A stretch of DNA of 64,000 nt from Treponemataceae bacterium (GCA_963678065.2 CAXXVZ010000003.1:1152001-1216000), one strand, 5' to 3'. Positions 28,663 through 38,540 are shown, counted from the first letter of the stretch. Translations and numbers: made by a program. The notes: generated by a model from the letters alone, not told the origin.

Positions 28663-30900
28663 TCAGTCTGGGAGAGCGATTTCCGCGATTGTCCGGACCC
28701 GCGCCTCGGGCGGGAGTTCCTGGCTCGACAGCACGCAGAGTCCCGGGAAGCGCCGTTCGGTGGCGGCGCGCGCGAGGGCCCTGACCTGGCCGGGACAGAC
28801 CAGGACAGCCTCGTCGGGCTCAAGCCCCGATTCAGCGAGACGCCCATCAAGCGAGTTCAGGAAGGCTTCGTGTCGCTCCGGCTCGAGTCCCGGCCTCGGC
28901 CCGGAATCGGTCCGGACTGCGCTCGCTGCGAGTTCGCGCGCGAGGGCCGGCGAGAGGGTGAAGACATCGAGAATCCCGTCCCTCTCCTCCGCGTCGCGGC
29001 CCGCGGCTCCGCCGTCGTCGTGCACTCCGCTCCCTCCTGCCGGCCGACCCCGCCGTTCCAGGCAGGCCAACCATATCTGACGGCCGAGAGCCTGTCGAGC
29101 CTTTTCGGCGAGAAAGGTATAATCTTTGACTTGTCCTGGGTAGTCGGCGAGGGTTTCGAAGATGACGACCGTATTCCGGATCGAGACTTTCTCGCGCAGG
29201 AGGATCTGGAGGACGCGCTGGACATCGCCGAGGGAATGGGCGGAGAGAAGGCCGGACACGACGGCCGGATAGTCCTTCCTGAGATCCTCCGTGAGGGACT
29301 GGACTTCCTGCCTGCCGAGAAAATCGGCCGTCCGCGCGCGCATGGCCCCGGAGAGTAGGTCGAGGATGATTTCCCTGTGGGTCGAGACGGTGAAACCCTG
29401 GCTCTCGGCCTTCGCCCGGTTCGACGCGGAAATCCAGAACGCATCCTTTCCCGTCCGCGGGTCCCGGACGGGGTCGGCGGGGATGTCTACAGGCATGCTT
29501 CCCGCGGGGCCCGCGGCGAGAAGGCGGCCGGGTTTCAGCATCCCTCCGGAAATTCTGTCGCCGCGTATCCTCACGGTGTAGGCGTAGCTCGCGAGTTTGG
29601 GCGAGTCGAGGACGCGCAGCGGTGGTATGGGCACGCCGGTTTCGAGGCTGAGTTCGGCGCGGATCGCCGTGACACGCCCGATGAAGCCCGTTCCTGTGTC
29701 CGGAACCTCCCCCTCATCCAGCGCGAGGTGGACGAGGCCGTAGCCGAGTTCGAGGCAGAAGGGCTCAGGCGGCGCGACGGACGAGAATACCTGCGTCCCG
29801 CCACCGCCAGAAAGGCCTCCTGAGGGGATGGCGGCGAAGCCCCCGGCTTCGGGCTTGCTTGCGGCGAAAGCTCTTCCGGGGGAATCAGCCTCAGAAGAAG
29901 TCCGGGACCGGGGACTGGATGAATCGCGGCGGTTCCCGCTGAGGCCGACATACCCGAAGACCGCGGCCATGGGCAGAAGGACATACCAGGGGAATCCGGG
30001 AAGGAAGGCCATGAGGGCGAGTATGGCTCCGGTCGCGGAGAGTATGCCTCCCCTGGCACCGAACTGGCCTCTGGCCTGAGAGACGAATGTGGTCTTTGAA
30101 TCCGCCTTGGTCACCACGATACCCGCGGCGACAGAGATGAGGAGGGCCGGCAATTGGGCGAGGAGTCCGTCCCCGATTGTCAGCCGCGTGTAGGTTTCGA
30201 GGGCTGTCGCGAAGTCTTCGCCGTGGAGGCTCATTCCGACGATGAAGCCCCCGACGATGTTGACCAGCGTGATGAGGACCGCGACTTTCGCGTTTCCGGA
30301 GACGAACTTGGAGGCACCGTCCATCTGGCCGTAAAAATCGGCTTCCTGACGGAGGGCGGCCTTGCGTCCCGCGGCCTCGGCCTGACTGATGGCCCCGGCG
30401 CTGAGCTCGGCGTCTATGGCCATCTGCCTTCCCGGCAACGCGTCGAGGGCGAAGCGGGCGGCTACTTCGGCGATGCGCCCCGAGCCTTTCGTGATGACGA
30501 TCAGCTGGACCGCGATGATGATGACGAAGATCATCGATCCCACGACGATTCCCTCCGCCCCACCCCCCGCGACAAAGGAACCGAAGGCGCGGATCAGCTT
30601 TCCGTCGAAGGATGAGCCCCGGAGGAGGATGAGTCTCGTCGAGGATATGTTGAGGGCCAGTCCCAGGACCGTGGCGAGGAGGAGGATGGTCGGGAAGACG
30701 GAAAAATCCGTCGCCTTGCGGACGCCGAGGGCCAGGAAGAAGATACAGAGAGCCAGGGCCAGCTGCAGCGCGAGGAAAAAATCGAGCAGAAAGGTCGGCA
30801 TTGGGATGAGGATCATGAAAACTACAGCGAGGACGGCCAGGGCCATCGCCGATTCGGCCCGGAACGGATTCTTGCGCCCGGATTCTGCCCTTTCGTTCAT
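28663..30900 (-). CDS. flhA: Flagellar type III export gate protein FlhA
   Basis: FSVFPTILL, NISSTRLIL, VITKGSGRIAEVAARFALDALPGRQMAIDAEL, FYGQMDGASKFV, TIGDGL, LLREKVSIRN. Confidence 0.93.
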   Translation of the reverse strand: MNERAESGRKNPFRAESAMALAVLAVVFMILIPMPTFLLDFFLALQLALALCIFFLALGVRKATDFSVFPTILLLATVLGLALNISSTRLILLRGSSFDGKLIRAFGSFVAGGGAEGIVVGSMIFVIIIAVQLIVITKGSGRIAEVAARFALDALPGRQMAIDAELSAGAISQAEAAGRKAALRQEADFYGQMDGASKFVSGNAKVAVLITLVNIVGGFIVGMSLHGEDFATALETYTRLTIGDGLLAQLPALLISVAAGIVVTKADSKTTFVSQARGQFGARGGILSATGAILALMAFLPGFPWYVLLPMAAVFGYVGLSGNRRDSSSPRSRTSSEADSPGRAFAASKPEAGGFAAIPSGGLSGGGGTQVFSSVAPPEPFCLELGYGLVHLALDEGEVPDTGTGFIGRVTAIRAELSLETGVPIPPLRVLDSPKLASYAYTVRIRGDRISGGMLKPGRLLAAGPAGSMPVDIPADPVRDPRTGKDAFWISASNRAKAESQGFTVSTHREIILDLLSGAMRARTADFLGRQEVQSLTEDLRKDYPAVVSGLLSAHSLGDVQRVLQILLREKVSIRNTVVIFETLADYPGQVKDYTFLAEKARQALGRQIWLACLERRGRPAGGSGVHDDGGAAGRDAEERDGILDVFTLSPALARELAASAVRTDSGPRPGLEPERHEAFLNSLDGRLAESGLEPDEAVLVCPGQVRALARAATERRFPGLCVLSSQELPPEARVRTIAEIALPD

Positions 30901-31700
30901 CGTCTCTCCCCTTCGCCTGTTTTCCTGATCGCCTGGGCGGCGATCCTGTCCCGCATGCGTCTGCGGATCATCGCCTTCTGCGCCGGATCGCCTTCCTCTC
31001 TCCGTTTCTCCTCGCGCAGCTGAGCCGGAGTCAGCTTGAGAGAATCGAAGAGGAGGCGCCGCCGGTACAGCCAGTCCGCGATGCCCGACACGAGGAGGAT
31101 GGCCGCACAGGCGAGGCCGAACTGCCCCGCGAGGGACAGTATACCCGAAAATGCCTCTCCGGGCTGATTTCCGGCCCCCGTCACGATCCGTCGCAATCCT
31201 GCGGGGAAGGTTGCGAGGGCGGCGACAAGGATGGCGACTGTGCGCAGGAAGGGGCGGATCGTCTCATAGAGTCTGCCCGGGCTCTCTGTTCGCCCGCGGC
31301 TCGCAGCACCGGATCGTCTGCCAAGACGCTGGAACTCGGGCTTCAGAGCCGCGGGGAATAGCCGGAATCCTGTCTGGACGAGCCCGGCAACGAGGGTCCC
31401 CGCGAAGATGGCGACGACCGGCAGGGCCGCGAGCCGGCAGAAATGCCCGAATCCCTGCGCGAAGGCTTCTTCGAGGCCATTCACCTTTCCGGCCGACGCG
31501 ACGGACCCCCAGAAGCTTTGGAACATGGTATCCGTCTCCCGCGCGGCGAAGGGAGCGCCGATGATGAGCGCGAGAATGCCCGCCGAAAGGCCTGCAGCTG
31601 CGGCGAGGTCGGCGCTGCAGGCGACCCGTCCTTCCTTTCGGGCCCGCTCGCGCAGTCCTTCCGAAGGCTCCTCCGTTCTTCCTTCGTCCTCCGATCTCAC
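30897..31700 (-). CDS. flhB: FlhB, C-terminally truncated (no NPTH, no cytoplasmic switch domain)
   Basis: GRTEEPS...RARKEGRVACS.DL, QTGF, LKPEFQRL, LKLTPAQLREEKRREEGDP..K..IRRRMR, then a stop after about 267 aa. Confidence 0.85.
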   Translation of the reverse strand: MRSEDEGRTEEPSEGLRERARKEGRVACSADLAAAAGLSAGILALIIGAPFAARETDTMFQSFWGSVASAGKVNGLEEAFAQGFGHFCRLAALPVVAIFAGTLVAGLVQTGFRLFPAALKPEFQRLGRRSGAASRGRTESPGRLYETIRPFLRTVAILVAALATFPAGLRRIVTGAGNQPGEAFSGILSLAGQFGLACAAILLVSGIADWLYRRRLLFDSLKLTPAQLREEKRREEGDPAQKAMIRRRMRDRIAAQAIRKTGEGERR

Positions 31701-32482
31701 AGTCGGCCTCCCGCGATACCGCGAAGGGCTGAGTAACCTGAATCGAGGATGGAGGCGAAGGCATCGAGGATCGAAGGCAGGGCGAGAGCCGTCACGACGC
31801 AGAAGACAAGGGCGGCGAGCGTGAATCCTCCGGAGAAGAAATTGAGCGAGGCCGCAGTCCGGGACAGGATTCCGGCGAGGATCCAGAAGAGGAGAAGGCA
31901 TCCCAGGACAGGAAGCGCCAGGGAAAAGGCCGAAGAGAACAGCCTTCCGGCCGCCCCGACGAGGGAGATGAAGACGGCTTCCCTCCGCGCGGCAAGATCG
32001 TCGATACGGAATCGGGTGAATGAATCCATGATCCCCGCCAGGAACAGCCTCTGGAATCCCTTCGTCGAAAGGAATACGGAGATCGCGGCGATGTTGAAAA
32101 GACCGGAGACCGCCGACGACTCGTCGCCCGTCGCAGGATCGAGGATCGAGGCGGAGCCGAATCCCGAGACCGGTGAGAGATATCCCGCGGCGAGGGAAAG
32201 CGAGGAGAAGAGGAGGGTCAGGAAGAAACCCGTCACCGCCCCCGCGAGGAATTCACCGACAAGGGTCAGAAGGTAAGCGGACTCGCTCGCCGGGATGGAG
32301 TAGCCCGCGGCCGCCACTGCCGGCATGACGGCGGCGGCCGAAAGGAGGGCGATCCCCGCCTTCGCCGCGCGGGGAATTCCCGGCCCGGAGAAGAGAGGAG
32401 CCGTCGCGACGATGCCGGCGATCCTCGCGACCACGCAGGGGAAGATCAGGGCATCGGCGCCGGGGGCGAAGGGAAGTTCCAT
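31697..32482 (-). CDS. fliR: Flagellar export protein FliR
   Basis: ARIAGIVATAPLFSG..IP..AK, GEFLAG, AG......GFG....LDP, LALPV. Confidence 0.88.
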   Translation of the reverse strand: MELPFAPGADALIFPCVVARIAGIVATAPLFSGPGIPRAAKAGIALLSAAAVMPAVAAAGYSIPASESAYLLTLVGEFLAGAVTGFFLTLLFSSLSLAAGYLSPVSGFGSASILDPATGDESSAVSGLFNIAAISVFLSTKGFQRLFLAGIMDSFTRFRIDDLAARREAVFISLVGAAGRLFSSAFSLALPVLGCLLLFWILAGILSRTAASLNFFSGGFTLAALVFCVVTALALPSILDAFASILDSGYSALRGIAGGRL

Positions 32483-32483
32483 G

Positions 32484-32753
32484 TCAGCGCGCCATCGACG
32501 GGATGAGGGCGAATATCTGTCGGGTATAGTCCCCGAGACTTCCGAGAATCCAGCCGCCGAGCAGGGCCAGGATGAGAAGCACGGCGGCGAGCTTCGGAAC
32601 GAAGGAGATGGCCTGGTCCTGAACCGCGGTCACGGCCTGGATGATGGCGGCGAGGAGGCCGGCGAGGAGGGCAGCCCCGAGCACAGGGGCGGACAGTATC
32701 AAAATTTTGAAAAGTCCCGAACGGAGGAGGGCCGCGAAATCCGGTGCGTGCAT
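32484..32753 (-). CDS. fliQ: Flagellar export protein FliQ
   Basis: SAPVL...GLLAAIIQAVTAVQDQAISFVPKL. Confidence 0.93.
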   Translation of the reverse strand: MHAPDFAALLRSGLFKILILSAPVLGAALLAGLLAAIIQAVTAVQDQAISFVPKLAAVLLILALLGGWILGSLGDYTRQIFALIPSMAR

Positions 32754-32766
32754 CTTCCCGACCTCC

Positions 32767-33600
32767 TCACATGAAGGACTGTACGAGCTGCCGTGCCAAG
32801 AGTCCCCAGCCGTCGGCGAGGACGAAGACGGCCAGCTTGAAGGGCAGGGAAATCATCGCGGGAGGAACCATGACCATGCCCATGGACATAAGGATGGCCG
32901 CGACGACCATGTCGATGACGATGAAGGGTATAAAAAGGAGGATACCGATGCGGAAGGCGACTGTCAGCTCGTGGAGGGCGAAGGCCGGAACGAGGACATA
33001 GGTCGGAACCTCCGCCAGGGTCGCGGGTTTGGGCAGGCCCCTCATCGACATGAACATCCTGATGTTGTCCGGACTCTCTCGCATCTGGTTGTACATGAAG
33101 AGACGGAACGGCTTTTCGGCCTCAGACCAGGCTTGGCCGCTCGAGATGCTCCCCTCGGAGAGCGGCTTCAGGGATCTCTCGTAGACTGTCGTGAAGGTCG
33201 GCCACATGACGAAGACTGTGAGGATGAGGGCGAGCCCGGCCATGATCTGCGCCGAGGGGGCCTGCTGGAGCGAGAGGGCGCGTTTCATGAAATCGAGGAC
33301 GATCGATATCCTGAGGAAACTCGTCGCGAGGATGAGGATGCTCGGCGCCACGGCGAGGACAGTTATGAGGAGGATGAGCTCGACCGATTGGGCGTTTCCG
33401 CTCCCTCCCGAGACCCCCTGTATATTCAAGTCGACAAGAGGAAGTTCCGAAAGGGTGGATGTATCGCCTTTTGCTCCGGCTCCGCGGGCCGCAGAACGCC
33501 CCGCGCTCCCCGGAGCAGCCGCAAAAGCCGGCGTCGCGGCGAGAATGAGGAGGAAAAAGAGAGAGATGCAGGCGATCGGGCGGAGTGCTCCTCGCTTCAT
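32767..33600 (-). CDS. fliP: Flagellar export protein FliP
   Basis: TSFLRISIVL, PAFALHELTVAFRIG, PFIVIDMVVA.ILMSMGMVMVPP.MISLPFKL..FVLADGW. Confidence 0.96.
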   Translation of the reverse strand: MKRGALRPIACISLFFLLILAATPAFAAAPGSAGRSAARGAGAKGDTSTLSELPLVDLNIQGVSGGSGNAQSVELILLITVLAVAPSILILATSFLRISIVLDFMKRALSLQQAPSAQIMAGLALILTVFVMWPTFTTVYERSLKPLSEGSISSGQAWSEAEKPFRLFMYNQMRESPDNIRMFMSMRGLPKPATLAEVPTYVLVPAFALHELTVAFRIGILLFIPFIVIDMVVAAILMSMGMVMVPPAMISLPFKLAVFVLADGWGLLARQLVQSFM

Positions 33601-34343
33601 CGATCTCCCCCTTTCCGATATTTGTCGAGTCTCCCTCTCTGGGCAAAGAGGATGCCGCGGGCTGCATCTCCGGCGCCGGAAGATCCACTGCCAACTCCGC
33701 GACCGGCGTCCCGGGGTTTTCCCGCCACCGCGCCCGCCCCTTTCCTCCCAGGCCCCGAGGCCGAGAGAAGGCGGCGAAGACTGAGGCCGAGGGAGTGGGA
33801 AAAAGAGCCGGACGAGGCTCGGCCCCGGATGGGCGGGGCTGATTTTGCGCGGCGCAGGAGATCCTGCACGAGTTCGGGATCATCCAGAGTATCGATGAGA
33901 CTGACCGAGGATTCGGAGGTCGCGACGAGCCATGCCTTGGATCCGAGACAGACGGCGTAGACGGCTTTCCCCGGGCCGAGGGCTGCCGAAGCCGCCACCT
34001 TGATCGGGCTGTCTCCCTCATCGGCGCGCGGCGAGGACTTCCGGACAAGGACTATGGCCAGATAGACTCCGCCGGCGAGGAAGAAGAGGACGATGACGAT
34101 GCGAAGGAGAGATGATGATCCCGGAGCGGAGCCTTGTTTCGCGGGGTTCCCTGCCCCAGCCCCATCGAGAAGGATGGTCTTTTCCTCTTGCTGGCCAAAG
34201 ACTGCTGCGCCCGCGGTCGCGTTGCCGGTGCCCCCGACGGCGGCACTGGACTGGGCGCAGACGAGGCTCAAAGGAAGGACGAGCGCGAAAAGACAAAGAA
34301 TGAGAGCCTTGGATTTCAAAAAATCCTCCCCTTGCAGCGGCAT
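33597..34343 (-). CDS. fliO: FliO/FliZ-like export chaperone
   Basis: Signal-like N-terminus, a TM segment, IKVAASAALGPGKAVYAV...WLVATSESSVSLI; immediately upstream of fliP. Confidence 0.75.
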   Translation of the reverse strand: MPLQGEDFLKSKALILCLFALVLPLSLVCAQSSAAVGGTGNATAGAAVFGQQEEKTILLDGAGAGNPAKQGSAPGSSSLLRIVIVLFFLAGGVYLAIVLVRKSSPRADEGDSPIKVAASAALGPGKAVYAVCLGSKAWLVATSESSVSLIDTLDDPELVQDLLRRAKSAPPIRGRASSGSFSHSLGLSLRRLLSASGPGRKGAGAVAGKPRDAGRGVGSGSSGAGDAARGILFAQRGRLDKYRKGGDR

Positions 34344-34436
34344 GATCCGTTCACCCAAGGGCCATCCTGACCCTGATCAAGAAACGGCCCGAACGGAATC
34401 TGCCCGCGCCCCCTTCAGTTCCGGAGCGCTTCAAGT

Positions 34437-35948
34437 TTACTTTATGGCCCCGAAGGATGCAAGCGAAACGCCTTTTCCGCTGCCGGCGCGGGCGAGACAG
34501 CCCCATGCGGCGGGGACAGACCCGTCGAGCACGCAGAGTTCCCGGATTTCCGTCCGGACGCCCGCATCCGCGCAGGCGGCATATTCTCCGTATTCCATGC
34601 TCATCGGGGGGCCGGCTACCTTGCGCAGAGGCAAGAGCCGGCGCATAGCCTCCCCCTCCACGAGCCAGGCAAGTCTTTCGGAGCTTCCCTCGCTGAAACA
34701 GACGTCGAAATTGAAACTGAAATAGTGTTCGGGAAGATCGTGCACAAAACAGTTCCCCGCGCTGATTCCCGGGGACATTCCTCCCGGGGGCACAGAGAGG
34801 GGCGCGGGAAAAACATGAAAGGCGACGAGGAAGGCCGCTGTCCAGGCGAGCGCGAACTCCTGGATACAGAGTGAGGCGAAGGGGTCGAAGCCTGCCAGGC
34901 CGGGATCGAGGTCCGCGGAAGCGATGAGGGCATCGGCGAGCCGGGGGCCGAGGATGAGGCCGGCGTTTCCTTCCTGACCGCCAGGGCAGGCAAATCGGAT
35001 TCCTGTCACCCGGTCCCGGTGGCTGACCGACCACCCCGTCATGCCAGGGTCGGCCACGGCTCCCTCATCCCGGGTCGCGACAGACAGAAGGGCAATCTTC
35101 ACATCGAGACCCGATGCCTTCGAGAAGGCATCCGACAAGCCCTCCTCGTGGCGGCTGACCCTCGCCGCGAGGATGCTCCGATAGAGATCTCCGAACGACT
35201 GTCCTTCTTCTGGTTCCCGTATTCTGAGGACATCCCTCTCGCCTAGATGCCTCCACTGCGCCGCGTCTACGTCGAGCACCCCGATAACCGGGCGCAGGGG
35301 AACAGGCACAGGGCATGGCGACGGGTAGGAAGAGGGACGCGCGTAGGCGCCGAGGCCCCGGGGCAGGGCTGCCGCAAGCACAATATATCCAATAAAACTA
35401 CTTTTATATATATCTATTTGTGCACACAAACAGATACTGTCAAAACGATAATCCATTTCAGGAAAATAGCTTGCCTCTTTGTTCCTTTCGACGGAAAAAT
35501 CCATGCCGAAGGCTGGAGGCAGGGCGCACAATACCGCATCCCGAAGGATTCCATCCGTCTTTTCCATGACCTCGGACTCGAGGAGGCTGAGAGCCCGTTC
35601 GAGCCTGCCGCAGCCTCCCGGGCCCTTGCCACCCCCGAGCAGCCCGTCAAGAACGAAAAACGTGAGGCCGGGATCGAAGGACACGCGCAGCGACACCGTC
35701 AGACCCGAAGGGTGGAGCGTCGAGCCGGCGGCAGCGCTGCAGACTTCGAAGCCAAGACTGTAGGGAAAAAACACTGCTTCATCAGGGAAGGCCGAGACCG
35801 ACGACAGGACTGCCCTTACGGCCGAACCAGACAGTTCCGGAAACCTTGGCGCCACGGACTCGGCAAAACCTTCGGCGAAGAGGATTCCGCGGCCCAGAAT
35901 CCGTTCGGTCTCGACTCCGGGAGCGCCCAGCGCGGACTCCAGCCTCAT
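34437..35948 (-). CDS. Highly divergent FliM-like C-ring protein, possibly a FliM-FliY remnant fusion
   Basis: VSFDPGLTFFVLDGLLGGGKG...RALSLLESEVME resembles the FliM middle domain (D.LFGG.G...R.LT.IE). Sits at the fliM position. Confidence 0.6.
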   Translation of the reverse strand: MRLESALGAPGVETERILGRGILFAEGFAESVAPRFPELSGSAVRAVLSSVSAFPDEAVFFPYSLGFEVCSAAAGSTLHPSGLTVSLRVSFDPGLTFFVLDGLLGGGKGPGGCGRLERALSLLESEVMEKTDGILRDAVLCALPPAFGMDFSVERNKEASYFPEMDYRFDSICLCAQIDIYKSSFIGYIVLAAALPRGLGAYARPSSYPSPCPVPVPLRPVIGVLDVDAAQWRHLGERDVLRIREPEEGQSFGDLYRSILAARVSRHEEGLSDAFSKASGLDVKIALLSVATRDEGAVADPGMTGWSVSHRDRVTGIRFACPGGQEGNAGLILGPRLADALIASADLDPGLAGFDPFASLCIQEFALAWTAAFLVAFHVFPAPLSVPPGGMSPGISAGNCFVHDLPEHYFSFNFDVCFSEGSSERLAWLVEGEAMRRLLPLRKVAGPPMSMEYGEYAACADAGVRTEIRELCVLDGSVPAAWGCLARAGSGKGVSLASFGAIK

Positions 35949-36328
35949 AGGGCTTCCCTCTTGCGTTTTTCCGCCACTCTCGCCTCTTTCTGCCTGCGGT
36001 CGACCAGGCGTTCGAGGACGAGCCGCTCTGTGCGGGCCTCCCCGTAGAGTCCCAGAGCGGAAGCCAGCCCCTCTTCCGCCCCGGCTCTCTGCGCTTCGAG
36101 GGCGAGCCGCTCGGTTTCCTTCTTCTCGATAAAGGCCCCGAGGTTGTCGATCGCCGAGAGCGTTTCGGCCGCCGGCCTCTCACCGGGCGGGAAATGGGAA
36201 TTTTCCGAAAGTCGATCCCGGATTCCCGCGAGCCTTCCCGAAACCTCGGCGACCCGCATGCCTGCGAGATCCTCTCTGTATTCCCTGAGCTCATGCATCC
36301 ATTCAGGAAGGGGATCGCCGGTTTTCAT
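35945..36328 (-). CDS. fliJ: FliJ-like coiled-coil protein
   Basis: Directly after fliI; helical; ELREYRE...EARTERLVLERL. Confidence 0.65.
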   Translation of the reverse strand: MKTGDPLPEWMHELREYREDLAGMRVAEVSGRLAGIRDRLSENSHFPPGERPAAETLSAIDNLGAFIEKKETERLALEAQRAGAEEGLASALGLYGEARTERLVLERLVDRRQKEARVAEKRKREAL

Positions 36329-37662
36329 GCTTTGGTTCCACCATTGACTTCTGTATGTCTGAAAATAGACAACATTTCATCCATGATTGCGTCAAGCCCG
36401 AAGCTTTCACGCCTTTCCTGGGCCAGGAAGCTGTCGATCCGGGGCTTCAGGAGGATCGCTTCGTCGACTTCCGCGTTCGATCCGCGCACGTAGGCGCCCA
36501 CAGCTATCATATCTTCGTACCGCTCGTAGACTGCGAGAGTCTTCCGTATCCGTTTCATGAGGAGGAGTTCGCCGCTCTCCGTCACCGCAGTTTCGACCCT
36601 GGATACCGATTTGAGCGGGTCCACGGCCGGATACTGGCCGCGCTCGGCGAGACTCCGCGAGAGCACGATGTGGCCATCGAGCATGGACCGGAGGGCGTCC
36701 GCGATCGGCTCGTCGGGATCGTCCCCCTCCACCAGCACGGAATAGATGCCGGTTATGGAGCCCGAATCTGAAGTCCCGGCCCGCTCCAGAAGGCGCGGCA
36801 GGAGGTCGAAGACGCTGGGTGGATAGCCCCGGGCGGAGGCCGGTTCGCCGGAGGCGAGACCGATTTCGCGCTGCGCTTTCGCGAGCCGCGACAGGGAATC
36901 GAAGACAAGGAGGACATCGAGCCCTTGCTCCCGGAAGTACTCGGCCGCCGCGGTGGCGAGGAGGGCTCCCCTGATCCGGGCCAGCGCGGGGCTGTCCGAG
37001 GTCGAGACGACGACGACGGAGCGGGCCAGTCCTTCCGCTCCGAGTTCGCTCTCCACGAACTCGCGGACCTCGCGTCCCCTCTCTCCGATGAGGGCGATCA
37101 CATTGACGTCGGCCTTGCCTCCCCGCGCCATCATGCCGAGGAGAGTGCTCTTGCCGACGCCGGAGCCCGCGAAAACGCCGATCCTCTGGCCCAGGCCGAG
37201 GGGAACCATGCCGTCGACAGCCTTGACGCCCGTGAGGAAACGGCTGTCTATCCTCCTGCGCGACAGAGGTTCGGGAGCGGCCGCCCTGAGATTCCGGTAT
37301 TCGCCTTCAGTCACAGGGGGAAGGCCGTCCAGCGGCCTTCCCCGGGAGTCGATCACCCGTCCGAGAAGGGAGGATGACATCGCGACGCCGGCGGCGAGGC
37401 CGCTCGCGATGACGGGGCATCCGATTTCGATGCCCTCCATGCTCTCGTAGGACATGAGGCGGACGCTGTCCACGCCGAGTCCCACGACTTCGGCTTCCAT
37501 GGAGCGGCCGGTCTGGGGAATCACGATCCGGCACAATTCGCCGAGGACGGCCCTGGGACCGCGGCTCTCCACGAGAAGGCCGCGAACCATCGTGACCCGG
37601 CCGGTGTGGAGGATGGGATTGGCGTTCGTGGCCGCTTCGATAGCCGGCGCAAGGAGGCCCAT
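36325..37662 (-). CDS. fliI: Flagellar type III export ATPase FliI
   Basis: GQRIGVFAGSGVGKS, ALIGERGREV, LLVFDSLSR, QREIGL, RGYPPS, GSITG, LDGHIVLSR. Confidence 0.96.
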   Translation of the reverse strand: MGLLAPAIEAATNANPILHTGRVTMVRGLLVESRGPRAVLGELCRIVIPQTGRSMEAEVVGLGVDSVRLMSYESMEGIEIGCPVIASGLAAGVAMSSSLLGRVIDSRGRPLDGLPPVTEGEYRNLRAAAPEPLSRRRIDSRFLTGVKAVDGMVPLGLGQRIGVFAGSGVGKSTLLGMMARGGKADVNVIALIGERGREVREFVESELGAEGLARSVVVVSTSDSPALARIRGALLATAAAEYFREQGLDVLLVFDSLSRLAKAQREIGLASGEPASARGYPPSVFDLLPRLLERAGTSDSGSITGIYSVLVEGDDPDEPIADALRSMLDGHIVLSRSLAERGQYPAVDPLKSVSRVETAVTESGELLLMKRIRKTLAVYERYEDMIAVGAYVRGSNAEVDEAILLKPRIDSFLAQERRESFGLDAIMDEMLSIFRHTEVNGGTKA

Positions 37663-37667
37663 CGCGA

Positions 37668-38540
37668 TCACCCTCTTGAAGCCGCGGCGCCGAGGTCCGC
37701 GACAATCGGTCCGGGCGCCGGCCCGCGCAGGACAGTCTCCATGGCTGCGAGCATCGACTCGATCCGCGCGTCGATCCACCCGGAAGATGTCTCGAGGACG
37801 CAGCCGCCGGGCTGAATGGCGGGATCGGCCTCTATCCGCACTCCGCTCGAGGCAATCCCGACTCCCGGGGCGGCGGAAGTTTCATGGCCGAGGGCGGCGC
37901 GGACAGCCTCGAGGTCGGCGGGGGAAACCGAGAGAAGGAGGGGTCGGGCGTTCCCGAGGAGGGAGAGGAGTCTGGGAACTGTTTCCGCGACGACAGCGCG
38001 GGAGTCGGCGCAGGCGCCACCCACAATCTTGCGCGCCACGAGGAGAGAGAGCTCGATGAGTTCGGCTCCGGCGTCCCTGATGGCGGAGCTCCGGGTCGCC
38101 TCCGCCCGCGAGTGGATGGCCTCGATCGAGGCGACGATGGAGCGCGCCCGATCCATGCCCTGGGCGAAACCCCGCGCTTCGCCTTCGGCGCGGACTTTTT
38201 CACGTTCCAGATCCGCCTGTCCCCTGGCAGTCGCGAGCAATTCATCGGCCTCGCGGCGCGCCTCGCCGAGAATGCGGGCGGTTTGAGCCTCCATATTCGC
38301 CATGGACTCAGCTTCATACCGGGCGAGTCTTCCGCGGATTTCCTTTTCCGCGTCGGAGAGGGCCTGGGCGCGGGCTTCCTCGTAGACAAGGATTGCCTGT
38401 TCGCGCCACTGTGCCTTGAAAATCCCGATCTCGCCGAGAGCTTCCGACTCGGCGTCGAAAGCGAAAGCCTCCGTCCGTTCCGGCTTCACGTCCGCTGTCG
38501 GGTACGGCGCGTCGCCTTCCGGTGAGTGCAGCGTGCTCAT
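37668..38540 (-). CDS. fliH: Flagellar export ATPase regulator FliH
   Basis: AxxxG repeats (AEGEARGFAQG), VSPADL, DPAIQPGGCVLETSSGWIDARIE. Confidence 0.88.
   Translation of the reverse strand: MSTLHSPEGDAPYPTADVKPERTEAFAFDAESEALGEIGIFKAQWREQAILVYEEARAQALSDAEKEIRGRLARYEAESMANMEAQTARILGEARREADELLATARGQADLEREKVRAEGEARGFAQGMDRARSIVASIEAIHSRAEATRSSAIRDAGAELIELSLLVARKIVGGACADSRAVVAETVPRLLSLLGNARPLLLSVSPADLEAVRAALGHETSAAPGVGIASSGVRIEADPAIQPGGCVLETSSGWIDARIESMLAAMETVLRGPAPGPIVADLGAAASRG

Noticed and set aside
30285..30310. FlhA KFVSGN in place of KFVRGD (loss of the conserved Asp)
   Set aside because: As I recall, spirochaete FlhA normally has Asn here, so it is not evidence of inactivation without an alignment.
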